Below are positions 1 to 9,671 of a stretch of 64,000 nucleotides of DNA, piece after piece (position 1 is the stretch's first letter; the number at the start of each line of letters is the position of its first letter). This stretch comes from a virus. Lineage: Duplodnaviria; Caudoviricetes. Made by a program: the position numbers and the translations under genes. Under the pieces are notes generated by a model that was not told the origin of the DNA, ran no database searches, and was given only the letters and a program-made list of their open reading frames with translations. The stretch is taken from the IMG/VR virus record IMGVR_UViG_3300020172_002590, positions 1 to 64,000 of that record. One strand, written 5' to 3'.

Positions 1-1496
1 GTTGTCATCTTGATTGATTCACGAATACCAAACCATTCAGAATAAATATTGTCATATCTCTTTACAGTTTCATATCCACTATCCATCCATTCACGAAGAA
101 CAGGGATGCCATGAATATCGGCAAAGTTTGCAATACCAGACATTGATGTTCCAATACGGCGATTTCTTTGCATGATTGCATTTGTCTTTTCCCAGTGAGT
201 TGGAAGAAGAGTTACTGTCTTTGCATAGAGGTATGCAAATTTTAAAGTTCGCTTATAGTCTTCAAGTGACTCATGACGATTTAAATAAGTCTCTACGAGC
301 GTACAGCACTCATAGGACTCAAGTGATTGCTCAGCACAGGGGTTATATCCTGCAACACGCCAATCTTTGTTATTTGGCGGATCGATAAGGCGACCATACT
401 TGCGTGACATATCCATCCAAATAACTCCTGGCTCTCCGTTGAGCGCAATACCATCAACAATGTTTGAGATATCAGCGCCAACAGTTGTTTCAATTGAGTT
501 ATTACTCATCCAACCCCAGCCAGGATTTTCTGCATCATAGGAGTTACGCTCAGGATAAACTTCTTTATTCTTAAGATTTAGAGTTTCGGGGGTGTTGCGA
601 CCAATAAAAAGCTCAGCAGAACGGCGAACATTGCCAGAAACAACACAGACTCCAATAAGATTTCCAATATCTGCAATATCAACAGTCGTTAGCTTTTGAC
701 CAGCACGACCATCAAACATTTTCTTGATAGCCTTATGAAGTTTAATCAATGGCTCTGGTCCAGATGCTGTTCCACCAAAAGTTGCAATTGGAGAACCGTA
801 TGGGCGAATAAGGTTATAATCAAATTCAATTGCATTTTGCTCTGGCTTTAGATATGAGTTAATCAAATCACCAGTTGCTCTTGCCCAACTTTCACGATCA
901 TCAGAAATAATATCTAAAACTGTTTTTCCCTTTGGCTCATAGATTGTAAAATCTTTGTCTGAACCCTTATCGTCAAAACCAACTCCAATACCAAGCATTG
1001 ATGCTTCCATAAGAAAAGCAAAAGGCTCTGCTGGATTATCTTTAGTCATTTCAGATGTTGAAACAAAAGCACAGTTCTGAAGAGCAGCAGAGTTTTTATG
1101 GATATTGACCAATGGTGTCCCCATAATCCAAAGTCCACGCCCAGGTGGTGTCCACTTAAGATTAAATAAACGATCAAAAGCTTCTTTAGCACTTGCTTGA
1201 GCCTTTACACCGTTCCAAGGTAGACGATTCTTTTTACAGTGATCCTTCTGAAGAGAATACATGCCATTGATGACACGCTCACAAACATCAACCCAAGTTT
1301 CTTTTGTGCCATCTTCTTTTTTGCGTGAATATGTTCTTAAAAAAGTAATTTCTCCAACAGAGTTACCAGCAGCATCTCTATATCCGAAAGGGGCTTTCTT
1401 GCTTCTATAGGAAGAAATAAATTCTTCGCTTAGCTTAAAAGAAAAAAGAGCGGCCTTTTCGGAAAGACCACCCTCTGTAATTTGAAAATTTGACAT
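1..1496 (-). CDS. nrdJ: Class II (adenosylcobalamin-dependent, monomeric RTPR-type) ribonucleotide reductase, 3' end beyond window
   Basis: Manual translation from ATG 1496: GEITFLRTYSRKK...WTPPGRGLW.MGT...LQNCAFVST...GVGFD...GNVRRSAE...NPCAEQSLESYECCTL; open to window edge, absent from ORF track. Confidence 0.93.
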   Translation of the reverse strand, partial: MSNFQITEGGLSEKAALFSFKLSEEFISSYRSKKAPFGYRDAAGNSVGEITFLRTYSRKKEDGTKETWVDVCERVINGMYSLQKDHCKKNRLPWNGVKAQASAKEAFDRLFNLKWTPPGRGLWIMGTPLVNIHKNSAALQNCAFVSTSEMTKDNPAEPFAFLMEASMLGIGVGFDDKGSDKDFTIYEPKGKTVLDIISDDRESWARATGDLINSYLKPEQNAIEFDYNLIRPYGSPIATFGGTASGPEPLIKLHKAIKKMFDGRAGQKLTTVDIADIGNLIGVCVVSGNVRRSAELFIGRNTPETLNLKNKEVYPERNSYDAENPGWGWMSNNSIETTVGADISNIVDGIALNGEPGVIWMDMSRKYGRLIDPPNNKDWRVAGYNPCAEQSLESYECCTLVETYLNRHESLEDYKRTLKFAYLYAKTVTLLPTHWEKTNAIMQRNRRIGTSMSGIANFADIHGIPVLREWMDSGYETVKRYDNIYSEWFGIRESIKMT

Positions 1497-1567
1497 GTGA
1501 ACTCCTAAATATGTGTAACAACAATGCTATCAAAGATTAATCCCATTAGGAATAAATAATACTAGGG

Positions 1568-2581
1568 TCAGTTAAATGTATTTTTGTAATCTTGATATCG
1601 CGCAATTATCTTATCAGCAACAGCGCCCCAAGACCACTCGGAATGAATAATTCTTGCGGATTTGACAGCAAAATCTGCAACTTCATCGTATTCACTAACT
1701 ACTGATTCCATTGTTTTAAGTAGTTCATCAATATCAGGAGATGCCCATAATCCTGTATCATCAGAATAAACATGATCGTGCCAATCAGCTTTTGTCATAG
1801 TTGCTGAAATAGGAATCCCAAGATGTGCGTAGTCAGTACATCCAGTAGCATTAGTCACAATAGTTGGCAATCCTGTTGCCATTGACTCAAGAGGAATAAG
1901 TCCAAAACCTTCTCCACTTGTTGGATAGACCATGCAATGACATTTATGATATAACCTTACAAGTTCATCAGTTGTAAATATATCTGGAATACCTATAATC
2001 TGAGGATGATTTACAGCAGAGACTAACTTGCCATCGATATATATTTCTGCATGACAGAAATTATTGTATTTAAGAACTAATCTAAAATCATCATCTCCAT
2101 CATAGAGTTCTAGAAAAGCATCAACAACAAGTTGTGCATTTTTTCTTTTAGAATCTCCACCTACATGTAGAAAATTGAATCTTCCAGTAAGTTCTCTTTC
2201 AAAAATTTCCCATTCTGAAGTAATACCGTGAGGAATTACATGGATATTTGTATGTACATTATTTTTAATATAAATATCTTTAACAAAAGAAGATGTAGCC
2301 CAGATTTCATCACATTGAGCCATGTTGTGTAACCAATTTTTTGGAACTTTTGTAGACTCCCAAGGTGTATAACCAACTTTATACTTATTTCTTAACTGAT
2401 AGTATAAAGGGTTACAGAAATTAATATGATAATCTAATTCTTCTCTATTATAGAAAACACCAGTTTGTTTTTCCTGTAGAGCACGTATTGTATTCAATCC
2501 TGCATTATAATAGCCTTGGCTATACCAAAGCTCACCAGATTCGTCAAGATTGTTGAGACTAAACCAACTTATTTTATCCAT
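1568..2581 (-). CDS. GT-B (family 4-like) glycosyltransferase
   Basis: GYTPWEST, CDEIW, RKN, YPTSGEGFGLIPLESMATGLP motif. Confidence 0.88.
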   Translation of the reverse strand: MDKISWFSLNNLDESGELWYSQGYYNAGLNTIRALQEKQTGVFYNREELDYHINFCNPLYYQLRNKYKVGYTPWESTKVPKNWLHNMAQCDEIWATSSFVKDIYIKNNVHTNIHVIPHGITSEWEIFERELTGRFNFLHVGGDSKRKNAQLVVDAFLELYDGDDDFRLVLKYNNFCHAEIYIDGKLVSAVNHPQIIGIPDIFTTDELVRLYHKCHCMVYPTSGEGFGLIPLESMATGLPTIVTNATGCTDYAHLGIPISATMTKADWHDHVYSDDTGLWASPDIDELLKTMESVVSEYDEVADFAVKSARIIHSEWSWGAVADKIIARYQDYKNTFN

Positions 2582-2590
2582 TTTGTTTAA

Positions 2591-2824
2591 CTATGATTGT
2601 TCCTCAGCAAAAGCGTTTAAACATCTTACACCCTTTTCAATGAGTGCAAGGGCTGTTTCTTTAGAAATTTCACAAGTTATTGGTCTATCGCTATACATAC
2701 ATCTTGTAGCAGCCATATAAAAATCTTCAAAATGGAAAACAGTAATATGATCGGGGTCAACAATAATTGCAGGTCCGTAGTCATCAGACTCAACAACAGC
2801 AATTATTTCCACAGTATCAATCAT
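2591..2824 (-). CDS. hypothetical protein
   Basis: ORF with AGGAG SD, abuts GT gene. Confidence 0.7.
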   Translation of the reverse strand: MIDTVEIIAVVESDDYGPAIIVDPDHITVFHFEDFYMAATRCMYSDRPITCEISKETALALIEKGVRCLNAFAEEQS

Positions 2825-2988
2825 ACCACTCCTAGTAATCTAATATATATATTATTAAGTATACTTAATATACTTAGCATACTACGCATGCTGGCATGCT
2901 TTAGCATACAGCACTTGTCAATACCATGTCGGAGAAAAAAGATATTTTTTTAAAAAAAAATTGCTGATTTCCATGATAGTGTGTCGTC

Positions 2989-3687
2989 ATGGATTATAAG
3001 AATACAGTACTTGATGTTCTAGATCATGGAGAAGTTGAACTTCTTGATGTGATGGGGAACGATTTATCGGTTGTAAATGCAGCTAAAGTTTCTTTTGCTG
3101 CACAGATTAAGGAGATTGATGAAGCATCAATTGGACTTATTAATTATCTTATGAAGAATAAACATGCTACTCCATTTGAGCATGTTATTTTTAAGTTTAG
3201 AATTAAAGCACCAATTTTTGTTACAAGAGAGTGGATGAGACATAGATGGTCATCATTTAATGAAATGAGTATGAGGTATCATATTCCACCAGTTATTGAT
3301 TACTATGTCCCAGCACAAAATTCTATTCGTAAACAAGTTGGAAAACCTGGTTCTTATTCATTTGAAGAAATAGAAGATGATGAAACAAAAACATTATTCA
3401 CATTGCTAATGCAAAATGTCATTAGTTATGCGGATGAAGCATACCATCGAATGATTCAAGCTGGAGTTGCAAAAGAGATTGCTCGATGTGTATTACCAGT
3501 AACTCAATATACTGAATTTATTTGGACAGTTAATGCTAGATCTTTAATTAACTTCATAAGTCTTAGAGCAGAGTCAAATGCACAATATGAAATTCAAGAA
3601 TATGCAACAATTATTGAATCATTCTTTGCAGAAATAATGCCAATTACTCATGAAGCATTTAATAAGTCTGGTAGAATGGCAATCTAA
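2989..3687 (+). CDS. thyX: FAD-dependent thymidylate synthase
   Basis: HATPFEH, REWMRHRWSSFNEMSMRY (RHRx7S), NARSLINFISLR...AQYEI. Confidence 0.95.
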   Translation: MDYKNTVLDVLDHGEVELLDVMGNDLSVVNAAKVSFAAQIKEIDEASIGLINYLMKNKHATPFEHVIFKFRIKAPIFVTREWMRHRWSSFNEMSMRYHIPPVIDYYVPAQNSIRKQVGKPGSYSFEEIEDDETKTLFTLLMQNVISYADEAYHRMIQAGVAKEIARCVLPVTQYTEFIWTVNARSLINFISLRAESNAQYEIQEYATIIESFFAEIMPITHEAFNKSGRMAI

Positions 3688-3881
3688 TGAAGAATTTTAT
3701 TGTTTATGCTATTTGGACTTTTATATCAGCAGCACTTTTAAAGAGTGGAATTGATATTATATCTGGTACAAAGGTTGGATACTTGCCAGTAATTATTCTT
3801 ACTGTTTTTACACATGTAACAATTGTATTTCCAATAATGGTTTCAGTTAATGCCCTATTTGCGAGATATGAGAATCGTTAA
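3687..3881 (+). CDS. small membrane protein
   Basis: two hydrophobic segments; TAATG coupling to thyX. Confidence 0.65.
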   Translation: MKNFIVYAIWTFISAALLKSGIDIISGTKVGYLPVIILTVFTHVTIVFPIMVSVNALFARYENR

Positions 3882-4146
3882 CTATCCTCATAGTTATGAT
3901 CTTGGGGATATTGAGACATTATCTATAACAATTAAAGCCGTTCCATTTGAGGGTTACTTCGTTCCAGCCTTTGTTATAACATCTCCAGAAGATGAATATG
4001 AGATAACTATTGATGAATTAAACTGCCTTATGGATGGAATTGAGATTGCAACCAAGAAAGTTGACGATATAATAGATTTTATACTTAAAACAAAAGTTTT
4101 TAATGAAAAGGAGGAGCCAGATGATAATGGGGAGAGTGATTCCTGA
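3868..4146 (+). CDS. hypothetical protein
   Basis: overlapping operon arrangement; start at MRIVNY assumed. Confidence 0.65.
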   Translation: MRIVNYPHSYDLGDIETLSITIKAVPFEGYFVPAFVITSPEDEYEITIDELNCLMDGIEIATKKVDDIIDFILKTKVFNEKEEPDDNGESDS

Positions 4147-4408
4147 TTTTCCATACCCCGAAAAGTTATGTCCATACTGCAACTTTAAATTGGTTGTGGT
4201 AAATGCTATACATTGGCACCAAGATCCGTACCAATTTAAGGCTGTTTATCTAGACCCAAATCCTAAATGTCCAATTTATGATGAAGAAGCACTTCAAGCT
4301 TATGCAAGAATCTATTACACATCTGAAGACGCATTTAATTACTTTAGAGATGTTCAAATCCCAGTACAAAGATGGTCCAAAGAAGAATTATATTCTATTT
4401 ATCAATAG
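4121..4408 (+). CDS. hypothetical protein with CPYC motif
   Basis: AGGAGGA SD before ATG 4121. Confidence 0.65.
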   Translation: MIMGRVIPDFPYPEKLCPYCNFKLVVVNAIHWHQDPYQFKAVYLDPNPKCPIYDEEALQAYARIYYTSEDAFNYFRDVQIPVQRWSKEELYSIYQ

Positions 4409-4431
4409 TTTAATGGTATAATTAGTATACT

Positions 4432-5412
4432 ATGCCTGTAAATCCTTGCTCAGAAAATGGTCAACCCGGCTTTAAATGGGGAGATAGCGGTAAATGCTAT
4501 CTCTACACAAGAGGCGATGTTGATTCAATGGGTGAAGCAAAGAGGAAGGCTACTGTTCAGGGTATCGCTACTGGCGAATATAAGAATAAGAGTGAATTTG
4601 ACGAACAAGAACTTGAAGACACACTTAAGTCTCTTAAGGAATGGTTTAAAGAAAGATGGGTTGATATTTCAAGACCCAAGCCAGGTGGTGGTTTTGAACC
4701 TTGTGGAAGAAGTGATGCAAGCACTGGGAAGTACCCGAAGTGTGTTCCAGCATCAAGGGCTGCAAGAATGACACCTGAGCAAATTGAATCTGCTGTAAGA
4801 CGTAAAAGAAGAGCAGAATCGACTGAAACAAGAGATGGTAAAAAGCCTATTAATGTTTCAACAGATAAAGAGAGTATGGAGAAGGCAAATGTACCTACTA
4901 ATCCAGAACTCTATGCCAGGGTTAAAGCCGAGGCAAAAGCAAAATTTGATGTATATCCATCGGCCTATGCAAACGCATGGCTTGTAAGAGAATACAAGAA
5001 AAGAGGAGGAGGTTACAGAGTGACAAAAGAAAATGTTGAAAAAGTTGCAGAAGATCTTGCAGAAGAAGAAGCAGCACTTGCCGATGCATTGGTAACAATT
5101 GCATCAAACTATGGTAAGTTCAATGAAGATGAAACCGGTATTTGGGCTGGATACGATAGCCCAGAAGAGAACGAAGTAAAAAGCATTGGTGTTAAGTGTG
5201 CTAACTGTGTTCTGTACGAAGGCGAGGGTGTTTGTAAAATTATTGCCCAGCAAGTAGAAGAAGAAGGAAAGTGCAGATTTGCTGTAATCCCAGACGGTCT
5301 AGTATCTCCAGAAATGGAAGATGAAGAAGAAGAGGAGTATGACGAAGAAGAAGATTCAATGTCATCTCTTATCTCTATAATTAGAGATTTATTACTTAAT
5401 AAGGAGAAATAA
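4432..5412 (+). CDS. multi-domain phage protein (DUF5872-like segments plus C-terminal 4-Cys module)
   Basis: LKEWFKERWVDI..PCGRS..YPKCVP; LYARVKAEAKAKFDVYPSAYANAWLVREYKKRGG; CANC-x8-C-x12-C; TATAAT 9 nt before ATG. Confidence 0.7.
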   Translation: MPVNPCSENGQPGFKWGDSGKCYLYTRGDVDSMGEAKRKATVQGIATGEYKNKSEFDEQELEDTLKSLKEWFKERWVDISRPKPGGGFEPCGRSDASTGKYPKCVPASRAARMTPEQIESAVRRKRRAESTETRDGKKPINVSTDKESMEKANVPTNPELYARVKAEAKAKFDVYPSAYANAWLVREYKKRGGGYRVTKENVEKVAEDLAEEEAALADALVTIASNYGKFNEDETGIWAGYDSPEENEVKSIGVKCANCVLYEGEGVCKIIAQQVEEEGKCRFAVIPDGLVSPEMEDEEEEEYDEEEDSMSSLISIIRDLLLNKEK

Positions 5413-5413
5413 A

Positions 5414-5794
5414 ATGAAATACAATGTTGATAAAATGATTCAAGATCATGATTCAATGAAGTCTTGGCATGAAGAAATGGCAAAGTCTGCCGCTGAATCT
5501 ATGCAAGACCATATCAAGGCTGCCGCATGGCACAGTTCACAGGGCGATATCATCAAGGCTATGATGAATGAAGTCCCATTGGACCCAGAAAAGAAGGTTA
5601 CGAGCATTCCAGCAGCTGGTTCTGCTCAGACACCAACTTCTGGCGCTGGTAAGACTGCCCCTACAAAGCAGGTTCCTCTTGACCCAGAAGTTAAGAAGTC
5701 TGATCTAGTTGCTATTCTTTCTGAGCATGCAGCAGAATATGGTGATTTCGACATGGATGTTGAAGCCATTGCTAAATTTCTATTGAATGACTAA
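5414..5794 (+). CDS. hypothetical protein with duplicated VPLDPE motif
   Basis: AAGGAG SD; internal repeat. Confidence 0.7.
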   Translation: MKYNVDKMIQDHDSMKSWHEEMAKSAAESMQDHIKAAAWHSSQGDIIKAMMNEVPLDPEKKVTSIPAAGSAQTPTSGAGKTAPTKQVPLDPEVKKSDLVAILSEHAAEYGDFDMDVEAIAKFLLND

Positions 5795-5797
5795 ACC

Positions 5798-5998
5798 ATG
5801 GATGCCAGTATTGCAAGTCTCATAGGTGTCTTGGTTGCAGGTGTTTTTTCTGTTCTTGTTGCTCTAATTCAGAAAACAAGAAAAGAGAATAAAGAAGATC
5901 ACAACCTCGTATATGAAAGTCTTCAGAATCTTCATGAAGATGTTCGTAGTGTAGGAGACAAATTAGATAATCATATTGATTGGCATTTAAAAAAATAA
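5798..5998 (+). CDS. membrane protein (N-terminal TM plus coiled coil, holin-like/DUF2746-like)
   Basis: hydrophobic N-terminus, KLDNHIDWH tail. Confidence 0.6.
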   Translation: MDASIASLIGVLVAGVFSVLVALIQKTRKENKEDHNLVYESLQNLHEDVRSVGDKLDNHIDWHLKK

Positions 5999-6002
5999 GT
6001 TT

Positions 6003-6071
6003 GTGGAGCGCCTTTTGGCTGTGATATTTCGCAAGATTATCACGGTATTCAGAAGGCGCTTCACTTTTTTT
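6003..6071 (+). terminator. intrinsic terminator with large loop
   Basis: GTGGAGCGCCTTTT...AGAAGGCGCTTCAC followed by T-run. Confidence 0.6.
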
Positions 6072-6137
6072 AAAAAATAACAACTTTCTTTAAAAACTTG
6101 TGATATGCTGTCACAAAGAGCGTAGAAAGGAAAAAGA

Positions 6138-6560
6138 ATGCTCACAAAACAACAAGAACAGCAATTGATCAGCCTCATTCCAGAGGGCACAAATGGCGAA
6201 GACCGCAGGGTTGCCTATTCTGTTATTACTGGGATACGAGAGGATAAGACTCCATCTCAAATTGCTGGTTACTACACAGCAGATCCAGATTTGGTAAATA
6301 AGTGGTACGACTTCTTTGGCTTCTCTAAGCCCAATTCACCACAAAAGTCTGGTAGAGGTCGCAAGAGTAAGGACTTGGCTGGCTTTATTAAGAGTAATAC
6401 AGGGCGTGTTGTAACTCCAAAGATCGTATCAGATGAACTTGGAATTTCTTTGCCTACTTTTTATAATTATTATAACGCTAATCGTCATCTTTTTAAGAAA
6501 GTAAGACGAGGAGAATTTGAAATTATCAATCCAGAAAAGGAAAGAAGTTCTTCAAAATGA
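6138..6560 (+). CDS. HTH DNA-binding protein
   Basis: TPKIVSDELGISLPTFYNY helix-turn-helix; AAAGGA SD. Confidence 0.65.
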   Translation: MLTKQQEQQLISLIPEGTNGEDRRVAYSVITGIREDKTPSQIAGYYTADPDLVNKWYDFFGFSKPNSPQKSGRGRKSKDLAGFIKSNTGRVVTPKIVSDELGISLPTFYNYYNANRHLFKKVRRGEFEIINPEKERSSSK

Positions 6561-7267
6561 AAAGCTCTTTTGAAAAAGAATTAGAAGTACAAGATAATTA
6601 TTTTATTTGTTGGGATGATGCAGCAAAACATTATGTCCAAAAAATCTTTTCTTTTTCTGAACAGTGCGGAAATAAAAGTATTATTGAAATAGTAAATGAC
6701 ATATATACACATAATGGTACAGATACAACTTTTATTCCATTTACATTTGTAAACTTTACTGGACACTCAGAATATATTGAATACTTAAAAAACTTAATTA
6801 ATTCATATATCGAACAAGAAATGAACAAGATAGACCCTCAAAGATCTGAAGATTTTTCAACCCCTGAAGATTTTTTTGACTCAATCAGGGTTCATCAAGC
6901 ATTCTTTCTATTAGCATCACATTGTGCAATCTCCTTGTTTAAGTATCTATCAGAACATCCAGATTATTCTGGTTTTGTTAATACAATGCTTAATCCAAGT
7001 ATGATTGCATCAACTGTCATTAGAAAGCAGAATGACTACGGCCCAGAAAATATTGCAAAATTTGGTATGTGGGGACTGATTGTAAGGCTGCATGACAAGA
7101 TTGCAAGATTTGAAAATCTTATGTCTAAGAAGAGACAAGGCGTTAATGCCGTTTCAGATGAGACTGTTTACGATACATTATTAGACATTGTTGGGTATTC
7201 AACAGTTGCTCTTCTTTGGACAAATGGAGACTTTCTTTTACCATTGCAAAAGGATCTTGTTGGCTAA
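6557..7267 (+). CDS. DUF1599 / nucleotide-modification-associated domain 1 protein
   Basis: C-terminal RKQNDYG..NI...GLIVRLHDKIARFENL...DETVYDTLLDIVGYS. Confidence 0.75.
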   Translation: MKSSFEKELEVQDNYFICWDDAAKHYVQKIFSFSEQCGNKSIIEIVNDIYTHNGTDTTFIPFTFVNFTGHSEYIEYLKNLINSYIEQEMNKIDPQRSEDFSTPEDFFDSIRVHQAFFLLASHCAISLFKYLSEHPDYSGFVNTMLNPSMIASTVIRKQNDYGPENIAKFGMWGLIVRLHDKIARFENLMSKKRQGVNAVSDETVYDTLLDIVGYSTVALLWTNGDFLLPLQKDLVG

Positions 7268-7875
7268 TGACTACAATTGTTGCAATTCAGGGTGATGATT
7301 ATTGTGTAGTAGGCACAGATTCTAGAGTTTCATCTTTTGATGAAAGCGGTCTTGCATATCAAATAACAACACTTGGCACTGGTTCGTGTAAAATTTCTCA
7401 AAAGGGAAGATATTTACTAGGAGCTGCTGGAGATGTTAGAGCAATTAATATTCTTCATCATGCCTTTACTCCACCAGTACCACCATTTAAAACTGGCGGA
7501 GAGCAACTTGATGAGTTTATAACAACAAAATTTATACCACAACTTCAAGTTTGCTTTGAGAATACCGGATACGCTATGCCAGATCAAGCAGATGATAAAA
7601 CACATATGTCAGAACATTCATCTACAATTCTAGTAGCAGTTAATGGGGTTGTGTATATTATTGATGGTGACTATTCTTGGACCTCAGATAGAACTGGTAT
7701 CTATGCAATTGGCACTGGTTCTTCATATGCTCTTGGAGCAATTTATGCCATCACTGGTGGAAAACAAATATCAATTCAGAAAGCAAAGCTTGCCATTAAT
7801 AAGGCGCTTTCAATAACATCAAAGTTCGATCCATACACAGGAGCGCCTTTTCAAACTTTTGCACAGGAGCAATAA
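7267..7875 (+). CDS. Ntn-hydrolase, HslV/proteasome beta-subunit-like protease
   Basis: true start MTTIVAIQG..GTDSR with N-terminal Thr nucleophile; AIGTGSSYALGA; FDPYTG. Confidence 0.85.
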   Translation: MTTIVAIQGDDYCVVGTDSRVSSFDESGLAYQITTLGTGSCKISQKGRYLLGAAGDVRAINILHHAFTPPVPPFKTGGEQLDEFITTKFIPQLQVCFENTGYAMPDQADDKTHMSEHSSTILVAVNGVVYIIDGDYSWTSDRTGIYAIGTGSSYALGAIYAITGGKQISIQKAKLAINKALSITSKFDPYTGAPFQTFAQEQ

Positions 7876-8048
7876 TGCCAACTTATCAATATAAATGCCT
7901 TAGTGGTCATGAAGTAGAGGAAACAAGAAAAATTAATGAAGATCAAAAAATGATCTGTTGTCCAATATGCGGAGATGCTTTAAAACCTGTATACTCATCA
8001 CCAGGTGTCCAATTAAAAGGCGGGGGCTTCTATCGGAATAGCCGATAG
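7875..8048 (+). CDS. FmdB-family zinc-ribbon protein
   Basis: MPTYQYKC..GH...CPICG...VYSSPGVQLKGGGFY; below ORF-track cutoff. Confidence 0.85.
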   Translation: MPTYQYKCLSGHEVEETRKINEDQKMICCPICGDALKPVYSSPGVQLKGGGFYRNSR

Positions 8049-8060
8049 TGTATAATTATT

Positions 8061-8158
8061 ACGACACCTCTGGTGTTTGTTACGCAAGTGCAGGCTACCT
8101 TGGGGATCGTTATAGTTACGCCATCGCCCTATGTGAAAACATGGGGCTTTGGTTTTTA
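8061..8158 (+). ncRNA. candidate small structured RNA
   Basis: extended -10 TGTATAAT at 8049-8056, several hairpins, GCCCTATGT-GAAA-ACATGGGGC plus T-run. Confidence 0.4.
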
Positions 8159-8172
8159 CAAGAAAGAAAAAT

Positions 8173-8460
8173 ATGTGTAATGAAAATTATGCTGTAATAC
8201 GAGATATGCAGCAAAGTGTACAAGACTGTGAAAGACAAATCTCTATATGGATGAAAACTGCTGAACAAACAACAATCCAATCTTTCTATGCAAATGCAGA
8301 AAGAGATGCTTATAAAAAGATTATAAGAGAAATTATTGAGGCTATTGAAAACGAAGGACCAGTACCTCACTATCACCATCATGTTATGAGAAAGCATCGC
8401 AGTGAATGGCCGACTTTGTGGAAGGCTATTGATAAGGCAATTGAGAAAATAAATGATTGA
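8173..8460 (+). CDS. hypothetical protein
   Basis: ORF; C-terminal HRSEWPTLWKAID. Confidence 0.7.
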   Translation: MCNENYAVIRDMQQSVQDCERQISIWMKTAEQTTIQSFYANAERDAYKKIIREIIEAIENEGPVPHYHHHVMRKHRSEWPTLWKAIDKAIEKIND

Positions 8461-9016
8461 TTATATTGAAGACCTGATTCCAAAAGAAAAACAGAATCTT
8501 ATTGAAGACTATGTAAAAGATTCGAGTTTCCCCTATAGGTTTCATAAAACTCATATCTATGGACAAGGAGAAACTGGTAATTCTCCACTGCAGTTGACAC
8601 ATCATCTAATGATGTACGGAGAAGAGCGTGTTTCTCCACACTTTCCGATAATAACATCCGTTTATGATAGCTTGATCAAACTTTATGGGAATATCACACT
8701 ATTTCGTGCAAAGGTAAACTGCACCTTCCCTGACCCTACGAGGACTGGATACGAGCCTCAGGAGCCTCATACTGATTTAAAATACGATGATGGTCGTAAG
8801 ATTCCACATCTCGTATGTTTATATTACATAAATGATTCTGACGGACCGACATACTTCTACGATAGAGACAAGATTTCTTTGGCAATTCCTCCAAAAAAGG
8901 GTTCTGCCGTAGTTTTTGATGGTAGTATCATTCATGCGGGTAGTAACCCCATTCATAACCCTTTTAGATTTGCTTTAAATATCAATTTTAGAAAAGGTTT
9001 AAACCAAATTCTATAG
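8453..9016 (+). CDS. 2OG-Fe(II) oxygenase superfamily protein
   Basis: PHTD, CLYYINDSDGPT, VFDGSIIHAG, RFALNINF. Confidence 0.8.
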   Translation: MIDYIEDLIPKEKQNLIEDYVKDSSFPYRFHKTHIYGQGETGNSPLQLTHHLMMYGEERVSPHFPIITSVYDSLIKLYGNITLFRAKVNCTFPDPTRTGYEPQEPHTDLKYDDGRKIPHLVCLYYINDSDGPTYFYDRDKISLAIPPKKGSAVVFDGSIIHAGSNPIHNPFRFALNINFRKGLNQIL

Positions 9017-9025
9017 GAAAGAACA

Positions 9026-9667
9026 ATGCCAGAGTTAAACGCAAATATACCACCAATTGAATGCTATGTAAGAGGCAACTATCTTCGTGATCAAAAGGAT
9101 TCACACGATAAATACTTCCCATGTATGATTTTTGGAGTCGCCTCAATTCAAGGAAGAAGTCCCCTATTTCATTTTCTAATGGAAGATGGCGGTGTTTGGT
9201 GGAGAATGCCAATTAGTGCGTTCTGTGCAGAGCCTGATACCCCTGAAGTGGACATTCACGACCTTGTGTTGTGGAATTCTTTCAGTCCTCATGTGACCGT
9301 AACCGAGTTTCAGGCTATGAGAAACATGAGAATGACATATGTAAGCCGCTCAGGAGAGTTTGTAAAGGGTAAATATCTCTTTACGCTTGACTGGCATGCC
9401 CCAGATGACAATACCACCAACCTTGGATTCAGTACAAATCCCGGTCAACATAAGTGTGGTCATGTAATATTGCGGGATGATGGTAATTTTGCCATTCAGC
9501 CAAATAATCGGGTCCGTCTATTTGACCCTTCATACACGACAAAAGATGGTAACCTTATTGATAGATTCATTAATACAAGAAAATGGGATGTGGAGGATGC
9601 TTCCAAGTGGAGAACTTCCGATGATGACCATTACTATTATGAAATCAATAATAAATTACAAGGATAA
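9026..9667 (+). CDS. conserved phage hypothetical protein
   Basis: long ORF with LNANIPP, HKCGHV, GNFAIQPNNR motifs. Confidence 0.75.
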   Translation: MPELNANIPPIECYVRGNYLRDQKDSHDKYFPCMIFGVASIQGRSPLFHFLMEDGGVWWRMPISAFCAEPDTPEVDIHDLVLWNSFSPHVTVTEFQAMRNMRMTYVSRSGEFVKGKYLFTLDWHAPDDNTTNLGFSTNPGQHKCGHVILRDDGNFAIQPNNRVRLFDPSYTTKDGNLIDRFINTRKWDVEDASKWRTSDDDHYYYEINNKLQG

Positions 9668-9671
9668 ATAA

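Noticed and set aside
176-493. ORF-track entries 176..388 (+) and 293..493 (-)
   Set aside because: Shadows of nrdJ, which is open from 1496 to the window edge
1497-1567. Possible cobalamin riboswitch upstream of B12-dependent nrdJ
   Set aside because: Gap is only ~70 bp with no B12-box
5315-5356. GAA-rich low-complexity tract
   Set aside because: Simply encodes the acidic E/D tail of 4432..5412
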